Positions 1 through 7,938 of a stretch of DNA of 42,647 nucleotides are shown here, in pieces. This stretch comes from an uncultured Chloroflexota bacterium. Its GTDB lineage: Bacteria > Chloroflexota > Dehalococcoidia > Lucifugimonadales > CAJWER01. The translations under genes and the position numbers were made by a program. The stretch's first letter is position 1. Each line of letters opens with the position of its first letter. Location: NCBI GenBank assembly GCA_913030785.1, contig CAJWER010000001.1, forward strand, positions 1 through 42,647, written 5' to 3'. The notes beneath the pieces were generated by a model, which ran no database searches, had not been told where the DNA came from, and worked only from the letters and a program-made list of their open reading frames with translations.

Positions 1-156
1 CCCTCTGAACACCCCTCTTACGGCGGATTGCCCTTCGACTTGCTCGGGGTGAACGGTGAATCGGGAACTCCGTTCGTGGTGAGCCTTTCGAACCGCGTCC
101 GGGATCACGCTCATCCTCACATACCCGGCGAGGGGCTGATGCCCTCTGCACACCCC
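1..156 (+). repeat. Composite copy of the mosaic intergenic repeat family: tail 'ccctctgaacacccc' (1-15), A module (31-96), B module (about 101-156)
   Basis: A module 'cccttcgacttgctcggggtgaacggtgaat...gttcgtggtgagcc' matches 9279-9340, 4099-4124, 5318-5340 and 25906-25932. The B module ending 'gccctctgcacacccc' matches 25861-25881, 11974-11994 and 31281-31306. Confidence 0.7.
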
Positions 157-200
157 ATTCTCGGCTTGGAGTTTTGTAGTGCGCTGCTAGAAGGGTATAG

Positions 201-1799
201 CTAGGGCGCGTCTGCTTCGTAGAGGTTGGGGGCATGCCTTGTCGTGAGGGACGGGTTGATGAATGTTGAGAATACCTTTGCGGAGCCCGAGTTGTGGTCT
301 ACGATGGCGTCGATCGCTTCCTGGATTCGGGTGGTGTGCAGGACCGGTACACGTTCTGGGAAGGTGCGGTGGATGTCCTTGAGGTACCAGTCGAATTGCA
401 GCAGCGGCGCGGCGATCACTGCGACATCGCGATTCGGGGATTTGACGTAGCGAACGTACCAGAGGGAGAAGAGGGTCTCCTCGGTCTGGCTGATAAGCAC
501 TGACCCGTCGGGCACTGCGTCAAGGATGCCCTCGGCGTGCTGCAGGGCCGTCCGATCGTCGCTCAGATCCTGGTCTGCGTAGTTGAGGGCAAGTGACACC
601 CCGGGCAGCAGCGCAAAGGCCAGCACTCCGAGGACCAGTAACGGTTGTGAGAGCAGTGACTTTTGCCATGCGGTCTGTGTTTTGAGCGCGTCGCCTTGCT
701 CTGTCAGGGCGCTGGCTATCTTGGCGAATCCGATTCCGACCCACACGGAGAAGAGTATGAAGACGGGGATCATCAGGACTTCGAAGTCGAAGGAGTTGTA
801 GGTCACCGAGTAGACGCTCAGGATGGCGATGCTGATCACAGAGGCGGCCCAGAGTGCTGGGAGGTACTTTCTCAGTGTCGGGATGGCCATCAGCCCGATG
901 AACAGGCCGAGAGGGTTGAACTGGGAGAAGACGAGGCGAGTCCAGTCTACGAGTCGTTCGAAGATGTTCCCCACCGTGACGCCGAACACGTACTCCTGGT
1001 AGGGGCGTGCCGAGAGGATCCAGATCGCACCTCGGAGTGTAGCGGCGTTGCCCCAGTTTATGGGCGGATGCTGGCCGGCGCGGAGGGGCAGGTAGGCGTA
1101 CACGGCGAGCCCCAGGAGCAGGGGGATGAAGAGCCAGAGCGACAGGGTTGCACGGGTCCCGAGGGACTTCCATATCCAGTAGATGAGGGGTACGGCGACG
1201 GCTAGCAGCGTGAGGTGGTTTCCGAGCCCCACTCCGAGGATCAGGCCGAACATGGCGAGTTTGGCATTCGGCGACGCGTACGAGGCGTCGCTGTCGTCGG
1301 TGCGGCGCAGCGTGAGCCACGTGGCTATGAGCAGGAGCAGCGACGCAAATAGCGCATTGAGGGCGTAGACCTCGGTGATGACGGCCTGTGACCAGAAGAG
1401 GGGCGAGGTGGCGAGGACGCTGCTGCCCAGGGCTGCGCCGGTGAGGGCGAGCCGTGGCGACGAGCCGGTGGCTGAGGTGATTCTCAGGATGGCCCAGAAG
1501 GTGGCGAAGACAGCGGCCGCGGCCAGGGTTGCCGAGAGCAGGTTGCCGCGGTAGGCGATGTCGCCGGCGGGCACGAGTTCTGTGAATCCCCGCAGGAGCA
1601 GTGTGTAGGTCGGATAGCCTGGCGGGTGCGGGATGCCCAGGGTGTGGGCTGCCGTCAGCAACTCGCCACCGTCGACGCCTTTGCGCTCCCAACCCCAGGT
1701 GAGGGTGGGGGCGAGGGTGGCGAGGTAGAGGGCGAAGGAGGCGAGCAGGATGGCGGTGGATACGAGCCTGGGCCATGGACTTGCTTGCACTGCATTCAT
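201..1799 (-). CDS. DUF2723 / TMEM260-like polytopic membrane glycosyltransferase (protein O-mannosyltransferase-like)
   Basis: 532-aa ORF with many hydrophobic segments. N-terminal 'GIPHPPGYPTYTLLL' motif is characteristic of DUF2723 proteins. The overlapping 430-aa Arg/Pro-rich ORF is an alternative-frame artefact. Confidence 0.7.
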   Translation of the reverse strand: MNAVQASPWPRLVSTAILLASFALYLATLAPTLTWGWERKGVDGGELLTAAHTLGIPHPPGYPTYTLLLRGFTELVPAGDIAYRGNLLSATLAAAAVFATFWAILRITSATGSSPRLALTGAALGSSVLATSPLFWSQAVITEVYALNALFASLLLLIATWLTLRRTDDSDASYASPNAKLAMFGLILGVGLGNHLTLLAVAVPLIYWIWKSLGTRATLSLWLFIPLLLGLAVYAYLPLRAGQHPPINWGNAATLRGAIWILSARPYQEYVFGVTVGNIFERLVDWTRLVFSQFNPLGLFIGLMAIPTLRKYLPALWAASVISIAILSVYSVTYNSFDFEVLMIPVFILFSVWVGIGFAKIASALTEQGDALKTQTAWQKSLLSQPLLVLGVLAFALLPGVSLALNYADQDLSDDRTALQHAEGILDAVPDGSVLISQTEETLFSLWYVRYVKSPNRDVAVIAAPLLQFDWYLKDIHRTFPERVPVLHTTRIQEAIDAIVDHNSGSAKVFSTFINPSLTTRHAPNLYEADAP

Positions 1800-1924
1800 T
1801 GTGTGGGGTCATATGGTACCGGAATCGGCGAGGCAGTTCACTTCCACTGGCTGAGCCTAGCGCTGGCCATGCCTGGGATGAGTAGGGCGCTCCGGTCGGG
1901 GGCTGAGTCTTTGCTGCGGCATTT

Positions 1925-2188
1925 TTACAGGTAGGCGATCACCGCGGCCTCGGTGGGCAGGTGGACTTTGGGGCCGAGTATCTGGGTTATGAATGCGAGG
2001 ATGTTGGGTTTAGGGTCTTCGCTTGCCTCGATGGTCTGCCAGCGGGTGGTGATGGCGTCTGTGTAGAGGTGTGCGCCGATGATGGCGCGCTGAAAAAAAA
2101 TCGATCCCCAGGTAGTAGATGTTGTCGCTGCGCAACTGAAGAAATCGGGTTCAAATGTTGGCCTCGTATTCTGTTCACGGGCCGACAT
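1925..2188 (-). CDS. Hypothetical protein, possibly a gene remnant
   Basis: 87-aa ORF with no recognisable motif. Contains a T8/A8 homopolymer (about 2093-2100) inside the frame and lies at the edge of a lower-GC patch. Confidence 0.2.
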   Translation of the reverse strand: MSAREQNTRPTFEPDFFSCAATTSTTWGSIFFQRAIIGAHLYTDAITTRWQTIEASEDPKPNILAFITQILGPKVHLPTEAAVIAYL

Positions 2189-2592
2189 GGCTACGATGGT
2201 CTGGGGGGATCAGAAACTGGTACGCGATGGACCGCCTCGCTATCCTCGTATTTGATGAAAGCGACCTGAAATCCATTGCCGCGGGAACCAACCTTGTCGG
2301 TATTCTCTATGATAAGTATTTCGATGTTAAGCAACTAGCATGACGCTAGCGCGTTAGAAGATGGGTGCATCATGTCATCTTTCTCATCATCTTTCGCACT
2401 TCTTCCGTCTTTCCGGCAATCAGGGCTACCATCGCTGACGTTTGAACCGTCAACGCCCACGTCGCCGTGGGAGGGCAGATGTGATTTCCATAGTGCTGGA
2501 ACACATTGGTGTTTGGTCGCCCGACTCTTTCATCCCTGATAGCAGACATTCCACAGGCCCTGCCATAGTGCCCGACGGGGAGAGGACCACGG

Positions 2593-2622
2593 TTGACAAG
2601 GCCGTGCTGCTGGGTGATTATA
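2593..2622 (+). promoter_or_regulatory. Sigma70-type promoter feeding the cobalamin riboswitch
   Basis: TTGACA at 2593-2598. -10-like 'gattat/attata' at 2616-2622 after a 17-18 nt spacer. Lies about 40 nt upstream of the riboswitch aptamer. Confidence 0.55.
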
Positions 2623-2659
2623 TGGCATGAGCGTCCGATGGGGCGTGTGTTGGAAAAAC

Positions 2660-2805
2660 TGAATAGGTGACGGGGGTGCCCGTCCAGGGAAAAATTCCTG
2701 GACGGGCCTAATAGAGGAAGCCGGTCTAAGTCCGGCACTGTCCCGCAGCGGTAGGTCCGGGTCCACTTTGGTGGGCGTGGGCGAGTCCGATCAACTGCCC
2801 CTGTC
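2660..2805 (+). promoter_or_regulatory. Cobalamin (B12) riboswitch aptamer
   Basis: 'ggtgcc' at 2675-2680. Conserved core 'aatagaggaagccggtctaagtccggcactgtcccgcagcggta' (2710-2752) closely matches the cobalamin-riboswitch core (AAUAGGGAAgCCGGUG..AAUCCGGcGCUGaCCCGCAaCGGUA). B12-box-like 'gagtccgatcaactgccc' at 2783-2800. Sits upstream of a BtuF-type transporter. Confidence 0.85.
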
Positions 2806-2856
2806 AATGTCGATGGCCTTCGAGGAAAGGTACGGGCATGGGTGGTTGTTGTTTAG

Positions 2857-2889
2857 CCCTGCATCCGTCTCGGAGCAGGGTATTTTTTG
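2857..2889 (+). terminator. Intrinsic terminator forming the riboswitch expression platform
   Basis: Stem 'ccctgc' (2857-2862) pairs with 'gcaggg' (2875-2880), followed by 'tatttttt' (2881-2888). Confidence 0.7.
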
Positions 2890-3061
2890 CCCTCTTCGGT
2901 TGTGGTACTCGCTGCCCTGGCAGGTAGCGATGTGTCTTCCTCGGTAGAAATTAGGGGAATGCGTGGCGAAGTGGATCCGGTATTGTGCATTTCCTTTCTT
3001 CGACGGCCTGCCACTGGGTCCGAGCGAGGATTTTCGGAAACCGAGGGAGGTGTTGTCAGTG

Positions 3062-4093
3062 ATGGGTCTTACGTCGTATAGAGCGAAATTGTTGTTTGTG
3101 CCGGTGCTGGCGGTCTTGGTGCTGCTTGCGATGGCTTGCGGGTCGGATGATGAGCCGCCGACTCGGGTGGCCAGCGATGTGGCTACAGATACCTCAACCG
3201 AGGCCGCTGCGGTGGCGACTTCGGCCCCGACCGAGGTCCCGACGAATCCTACTGCAATTGCTACTGCGACGCGGTTGCCTACAGCCACGCCGGTGCCGCT
3301 GTTCCCTGTTACCGTTACGGGCAGCAACGGTCGTGAGATCACCTTCGATGAGGCGCCCGAGAGGATCGTGGCGATCGATTCGGCGGTTGTGGAGACGCTG
3401 TTCGCGATCGGCGAGGGCTGGAGACTGGTGGGGACGCACGATTTTGTGTCGTATCCGCCCGAGGCGGCGGATATTGAAAGGGTGGGTGGCGCATTCAACC
3501 TCAATTTCGAGGCGACGGTGGGGCTGGACCCAGACCTGGTGTTTGTGTTTTCCGAGGGGCCGGCGGAGGAGCTGGAGCGGCTGGGCCTGCGGGTGCTGTA
3601 CCTGCAGAGTCTGAGCGACGATTTTCGCGGAGTGGCCGACAACGTCAGGATGTGGGGCCGAATCGTGGGGAATCCGGTGGCGGCGGGGGAGGTCGCGGCT
3701 GATTTTGAGGCGCGGGTCGCGGCCATCGAGAGGGCGATGGCGGGGCGAGACGAAGGGCCGAGGGTGTTCCAGGACGAGGGCGAGCTTTGGACACCGGGTC
3801 CGGATACGCTGATCGGCCAGGTGTTTACTGTGCTGAAGCTTCAGAATATTGCTCACGATGTGGTGGGGTATTCGCAGTTGAGCCCGGAGGTGATTGTGGA
3901 GCGGGCTCCGGAGATTGTGATCGCGTCGTATGGGGACTCGATCTCTGCCAATCCGGCTTTTGCGGAGCTGCCGGCGGTGAAGGATGGGCGCGTGTATGTG
4001 CCGGATAGTGACGCGCTGTCTATTACGGGTCCGCGGTATGTGGTGGGGCTGGAGAAGCTGGCGAAGTGGGTGTACCCGGACCTGTTTGACTAG
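3062..4093 (+). CDS. btuF: ABC transporter periplasmic substrate-binding lipoprotein, BtuF/FhuD class (cobalamin-type)
   Basis: ORF 2963-4093. Preferred start is ATG 3062, preceded by 'gagggagg', giving signal peptide 'MGLTSYRAKLLFVPVLAVLVLLAMAC' with a lipobox. 'ITFDEAPERIVAIDSAVVETLFAIGEG' is typical of PF01497-type binding proteins. Downstream of the B12 riboswitch. Confidence 0.85.
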   Translation: MGLTSYRAKLLFVPVLAVLVLLAMACGSDDEPPTRVASDVATDTSTEAAAVATSAPTEVPTNPTAIATATRLPTATPVPLFPVTVTGSNGREITFDEAPERIVAIDSAVVETLFAIGEGWRLVGTHDFVSYPPEAADIERVGGAFNLNFEATVGLDPDLVFVFSEGPAEELERLGLRVLYLQSLSDDFRGVADNVRMWGRIVGNPVAAGEVAADFEARVAAIERAMAGRDEGPRVFQDEGELWTPGPDTLIGQVFTVLKLQNIAHDVVGYSQLSPEVIVERAPEIVIASYGDSISANPAFAELPAVKDGRVYVPDSDALSITGPRYVVGLEKLAKWVYPDLFD

Positions 4094-4098
4094 GGCGG

Positions 4099-4124
4099 CC
4101 CTTCGACAGGATCAGGGTGAGCGG
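4099..4124 (+). repeat. Short A-module repeat copy between btuF and btuC
   Basis: 'cccttcgacaggatcagggtgagcgg' matches the A-module core seen at 31, 5318, 9279 and 25906. It creates the artefactual upstream start (4117) of the btuC ORF. Confidence 0.6.
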
Positions 4125-4185
4125 GGCTTGGGATGAGGGTGGGCTCACGTTTGGATTTGGGTTGCGAGAGGGGATTGGACTCCGG

Positions 4186-5256
4186 ATGAGGTCTTTGCAT
4201 AGGGAAAAAGCAGCAGTCGTCACGGGCCGCCGTGTGGGGGTGTTTCCCTGGCGGCGGCTTGGTGTCGGGCTGGTGGTGGTTGCTCTGGTGGGCGTGCTGG
4301 CGTCGGGGGTTGGCGCGGTGGCCATACCGCCGCTGACGGTAGTGAAGATAGGGTTGTCGAGGCTGCCGCTGGTAGAACTGGCTCAGACGTGGCCGGACAC
4401 GTGGGACACGATTGTGTGGCAGCTTCGGCTGCCCAGGGTGGCGCTGGCGGCGATTGTCGGCGGTTCCCTGGCTATGTCGGGGGCTACGTACCAGGGGCTG
4501 TTCCGGAATCCGCTGGCGGACCCTTATCTGATAGGCGTGGCGTCGGGGGCGGGCCTCGGTGCGACGATTGTGCTGGTGACGGAAGTGCCGGAGACGTTCG
4601 CGGGCGTCGGGGTGCTACCTGTGGCGGCGTTTGTGGGAGCTGTTGGGGCGGTGCTTCTGGCCTACGGGGTTGCGCGAGTATCCGGAGGGCTGCCGCTGAC
4701 GACTCTGATCCTGGCAGGGGTTGCTGTGGCGGCCCTTGCGGGTGCGGTGACGACGTTGTTGATGATTCGGAGCGACCCGGACCTGCGGCCGGTGCTGTCG
4801 TGGCTGCTGGGGGGCTTTGCGTCAGCTCAGTGGAAGCACTCGGCGGTGGTGCTGGCGTATTTGGGGCCGAGTGCGGTCGTGATGCTTTCTTATGGACGCG
4901 TGCTGAACGTGTTGCAGCTGGACGAGGCGCATTCGACGCAGCTCGGGGTCGACGTGGGCAGGGCTAAGCTGGTGCTGATTGGTGCTGCGTCGCTGGCGAC
5001 GGCGGCGGCTGTGGCGTTCAGCGGGCTGATCGGGTTCGTGGGGCTGATCGCTCCTCATGCCGTGCGGCTGGTGTGGGGGCCTGATCACCGGTCGCTGATC
5101 CCGATGGCGGCGATCGTGGGGGCTGGGTTCCTGATTGTGGCGGACCTGGTGGCGCGGACGGTGGTGAGTCCGTCGGAGTTGCCGGTGGGGATTGTGACTG
5201 CGTTCTGTGGCGCGCCTTTCTTTTTGTATCTGCTGAGACGGCGCCGGGGGGTCTAG
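4186..5256 (+). CDS. btuC: FecCD-family ABC permease (BtuC-like)
   Basis: ORF 4117-5256. Polytopic, with FecCD hallmarks ('RLPRVALAAIVGGSLAMSGATYQGLFRNPLADPYLIGVASGAG', C-terminal 'PVGIVTAFCGAPFFLYLL'). The start is uncertain: ATG 4186 is chosen because 4117 lies in a repeat. Confidence 0.85.
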   Translation: MRSLHREKAAVVTGRRVGVFPWRRLGVGLVVVALVGVLASGVGAVAIPPLTVVKIGLSRLPLVELAQTWPDTWDTIVWQLRLPRVALAAIVGGSLAMSGATYQGLFRNPLADPYLIGVASGAGLGATIVLVTEVPETFAGVGVLPVAAFVGAVGAVLLAYGVARVSGGLPLTTLILAGVAVAALAGAVTTLLMIRSDPDLRPVLSWLLGGFASAQWKHSAVVLAYLGPSAVVMLSYGRVLNVLQLDEAHSTQLGVDVGRAKLVLIGAASLATAAAVAFSGLIGFVGLIAPHAVRLVWGPDHRSLIPMAAIVGAGFLIVADLVARTVVSPSELPVGIVTAFCGAPFFLYLLRRRRGV

Positions 5257-5257
5257 T

Positions 5258-5368
5258 GTGCCCCTCCCCTCCAAAAAAAAGAAAACAATTATCCGAGGGG
5301 CACCCTCAAGCTCCCGGCCCTTCGGCGGGCTCAGGACAGGCGATGGGCTCTGTTCCTCTGCATACCCC
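5258..5368 (+). repeat. Composite repeat (A-rich P module + B-left hairpin + short A module + B-right) between btuC and btuD
   Basis: 'cccctcccctccaaaaaaaagaaaacaattat' + 'gaggggcaccctc' hairpin + 'cccttcggcgggctcaggacagg' + 'cctctgcatacccc'. Same module order as 25794-25932. Confidence 0.7.
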
Positions 5369-5511
5369 GTCCTCATAAGAGAAAAACATGATCTGCGAGA
5401 TACCGTTTGATGCTCCCAGCAAGGGGCTGTGCTTTTCTGCTCACGCCGTGTTATGGGTCTGCCAGAGCTGATGGTGCCGAGGGAGGATGAAATGCCGCGA
5501 AGATCGGTGGT

Positions 5512-6312
5512 GTGGGCTTGCTGAAAGTTGACAGAATAAGGTTTGGTTATGGCGCCGAGGCCGTGCTGGATGGGGTTGGGCTCGAGGTTGGGCGGGGTGA
5601 GCTGGTGGGGCTGGTGGGGCCTAATGGCTCGGGGAAGACGACGCTGCTGCGTGTGATTAGCGGTGTGCTGGCGGTGTCGGCCGGGCGTGTGAGTGTGGAT
5701 GGCCAGGATCTGGCAGGGCTCAGAGCGAGCTCTCGGGCGCGGCTTGTGTCGGTAGTGCCTCAGAATCCGCAGCTTCCAGAGGGATTTACGATCAGGGAGT
5801 TGGTGCTGATGGCGCGTAACTCTTATTTAAAGCTACTGGAGTGGGAGGGCCGTGGGGATGTGGAGGCGGCGACACGGGCGATGATGGAGACGTCGACGCT
5901 TGAGCTGGCTGATCGGGCGCTGGGTACGGTCTCCGGTGGGGAGCGTCAGCTGGCTGTGGTGGCGATGGCACTGGCTCAGGACGCGCCTGTGATGCTGCTG
6001 GATGAGCCCACGTCGAACCTGGATCTGGCCCACCAGACGGGCATCATGGATCTGGTGGTGCGACTGATGGAGGAGCGGGGGACGGCGGTGCTGGTGGCGA
6101 TGCACGATCTTACGCTGGCGGCGCAGTACTGCGACCGGCTCATCATGCTGTTTGAGGGGCGTGGGTTCGCCGTGGGGACGCCGTCGGAGGTGCTAACTGC
6201 GGCGAACATCGAGGCGGTGTACGGGGCTGAGGTGTACCTGGTGCCACACCCGTTGGGAGGGACGCCGGTGGTGCTTCCGGCGCGAGGTGCGAGGAGAGAG
6301 AATTACCGCTGA
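5512..6312 (+). CDS. btuD: ABC transporter ATP-binding protein (BtuD/FepC-like)
   Basis: Walker A 'GPNGSGKTT', signature 'VSGGERQ', Walker B 'VMLLDEPT', H-loop 'MHDL'. GTG start; an in-frame stop at 5488-5490 limits upstream extension. Confidence 0.9.
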   Translation: MGLLKVDRIRFGYGAEAVLDGVGLEVGRGELVGLVGPNGSGKTTLLRVISGVLAVSAGRVSVDGQDLAGLRASSRARLVSVVPQNPQLPEGFTIRELVLMARNSYLKLLEWEGRGDVEAATRAMMETSTLELADRALGTVSGGERQLAVVAMALAQDAPVMLLDEPTSNLDLAHQTGIMDLVVRLMEERGTAVLVAMHDLTLAAQYCDRLIMLFEGRGFAVGTPSEVLTAANIEAVYGAEVYLVPHPLGGTPVVLPARGARRENYR

Positions 6313-6371
6313 GACCGCAGAGAGGGGTCTTGTAGGGAGTTCGCAAGTTCGAGGATGCGTGATATGACGGC

Positions 6372-6488
6372 ATGGTGCAGGGTACGGGGTCGTCGGTGGG
6401 CAAGAGCCTGATAGCGACGGCGTTATGTAGGATGTTGCGGAAGGACGGTTATAAGGTTGCGCCGTTCAAGGCGCAGAACATGTCCCTT
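6372..6488 (+). pseudogene. cobQ: Remnant of cobyric acid synthase (CobQ/CbiP): N-terminal ~39 codons only
   Basis: '[39 protein letters not shown]' matches the conserved CobQ N-terminus (compare '[38 protein letters not shown]'). Similarity then stops. The ORF terminates at 6566, inside the 3' end of the convergent lactonase gene. Confidence 0.75.
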
Positions 6489-6562
6489 CTTTGCCTGGCA
6501 CATGTCGTCCACTGGTTGGGCATTCGCGCGATGCCCCTCCAGCCCGTTCCTCAGCCAGGCTG

Positions 6563-7636
6563 CTAGGCGAGGGGCGCCAGCTTCACGCAGACGGGCATGG
6601 GGACCTCAGCGACGTCGCCTGTTGGGTGCAGTTCCCCGGTATCCTGGTCGATGTGGAAGGTGACGATGCTGTCCGAATCCTGGTTGGCGGCCAGCAGGAT
6701 GATTCCCGTGGGGTCGATGGCGAAGTTACGTGGGGTTCTGCCCAGGGTGGGTTCGTAGCCGACCAGGGATAGCTCGCCGGTGGCTTGATCGATGGCGAAG
6801 ATTGCGATGCTGTCGTGGCCGCGGTTTGAGCCGTAGACGAACTTGCCAGAAGGGGCGACGTGGACGTCTGCACAGTGGGTGACTCCTGAAAAGCCCTCTG
6901 GGATAGTGGACAGTGTCTGCACGGGGTCTAGTGCGCCGGTGTCGGGGTCCAGCGTCAGGGCGGTGATTGTGGAGTTGAGCTCGTTGATCGCGTAGGCTCG
7001 TTTGCCGCCCGGGTGGATGTCGAAGTGGCGGGGGCCGGCACCATCGGCCATGCGGGCGAATGGGGATGCGGCCGGGGTCAGCTTGCCGGAGGTGATATCA
7101 AGCTGATATGTGAATAGCTTGTCGATGCCGAGGTCCGCGGCGTAGACGAAACGGTTTTCGGGTCCGATGGTTACGGAGTGGGCATGGGGCCCCTGCTGTC
7201 GCTCGGGGTTGATGCTGGAGCCCTCGTGCTGGACAAACTCGGACATCTCTCCAATTCCACCGTCATCGCGAATGGGGTAGACGACGACGCTGCCTGATCC
7301 GTAGTTGGCGAGTACGAGGCGCGTCGAGGTGGAGTCGACCTTCAGGTGGCAGGGAATTGTGCCGATGGTGGGCCTTGTGTTGATCGTGGTCATTTTGCCG
7401 GTCCCACTTTCGATGGAGAAGGCGCTGACGGAGCCGCCTGGGCTTCCCTCGAATTCCTGCACCTCGCTCACGGCGTAGAGGTTTTTTTGGGCAGGGTCGA
7501 AGGTGAGGAACGACGGGCTTTTCATCTCCGCGGTCTCTCCGGTAGGCTCCAGTGCACCTGTGGTTGGGTCCATGTTGTAGGCGTAGATGCCTTTGCTGGT
7601 GCTGTGGGTGTACGTGCCGACGAAGACGAGTGTCAT
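6563..7636 (-). CDS. Seven-bladed beta-propeller lactonase family protein (6-phosphogluconolactonase-like)
   Basis: 357 aa. 'LVFVGTYT...SKGIYAY' N-terminus and repeated blade-like segments are typical of the YbhE/Pgl lactonase family. Confidence 0.75.
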   Translation of the reverse strand: MTLVFVGTYTHSTSKGIYAYNMDPTTGALEPTGETAEMKSPSFLTFDPAQKNLYAVSEVQEFEGSPGGSVSAFSIESGTGKMTTINTRPTIGTIPCHLKVDSTSTRLVLANYGSGSVVVYPIRDDGGIGEMSEFVQHEGSSINPERQQGPHAHSVTIGPENRFVYAADLGIDKLFTYQLDITSGKLTPAASPFARMADGAGPRHFDIHPGGKRAYAINELNSTITALTLDPDTGALDPVQTLSTIPEGFSGVTHCADVHVAPSGKFVYGSNRGHDSIAIFAIDQATGELSLVGYEPTLGRTPRNFAIDPTGIILLAANQDSDSIVTFHIDQDTGELHPTGDVAEVPMPVCVKLAPLA

Positions 7637-7699
7637 GGTGGTTCTCCGTTGTTCGTGTGTCGATACTTTAGACTAAATGGTGGCGCGTGTCTTTCTCTA

Positions 7700-7935
7700 T
7701 TTCCGCCCACCCGTCCTTTAGAGGAATCTGGGGGCGTTGCCCCCAGACCCCCACCAGAGGGGTGGAGCCCATCTGGACTCCCCATGTTGAGGGGCGCTAT
7801 GACCGGGGCTGGGATGGTTTTTTAGGTAGTGGAGTTCTCGTTTTACGCCTGTCCGCCCTAGATGGGAATCTGAGGCGTTGTCCCCAGGTCCTCACCAAAG
7901 GGGTGGGGTCCCTCTGGACTCCACTTGTTGGGGGT
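7700..7935 (+). repeat. Tandem duplication (period about 142 bp) of a C-type repeat unit
   Basis: 'gaatctgggggcgttgcccccagacccccaccagaggggtggagcccatctggactcccc' (7724-7784) versus 'gaatctgaggcgttgtccccaggtcctcaccaaaggggtggggtccctctggactccac' (7866-7924). The flanks also align. Confidence 0.75.
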
Positions 7936-7938
7936 GAT

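Noticed and set aside
520-1812. 430-aa ORF on the minus strand overlapping the DUF2723 gene in another frame
   Set aside because: Extremely Arg/Pro/His-rich with low-complexity composition, typical of an off-frame reading of GC-rich coding DNA. The co-located 532-aa frame has a recognisable motif and TM architecture.
2791-3726. 311-aa Ser/Thr/Ala-rich ORF antisense to btuF, and the 145-aa ORF 2370-2807 over the riboswitch
   Set aside because: Both overlap features with strong independent support (binding-protein motifs and lipobox; cobalamin aptamer core). Both have low-complexity composition.
7700-7935. Possible CRISPR array
   Set aside because: Only two units, a period of about 142 bp with diverged units rather than identical short repeats and unique spacers, and no cas genes. 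The units belong to the dispersed C-type repeat family.
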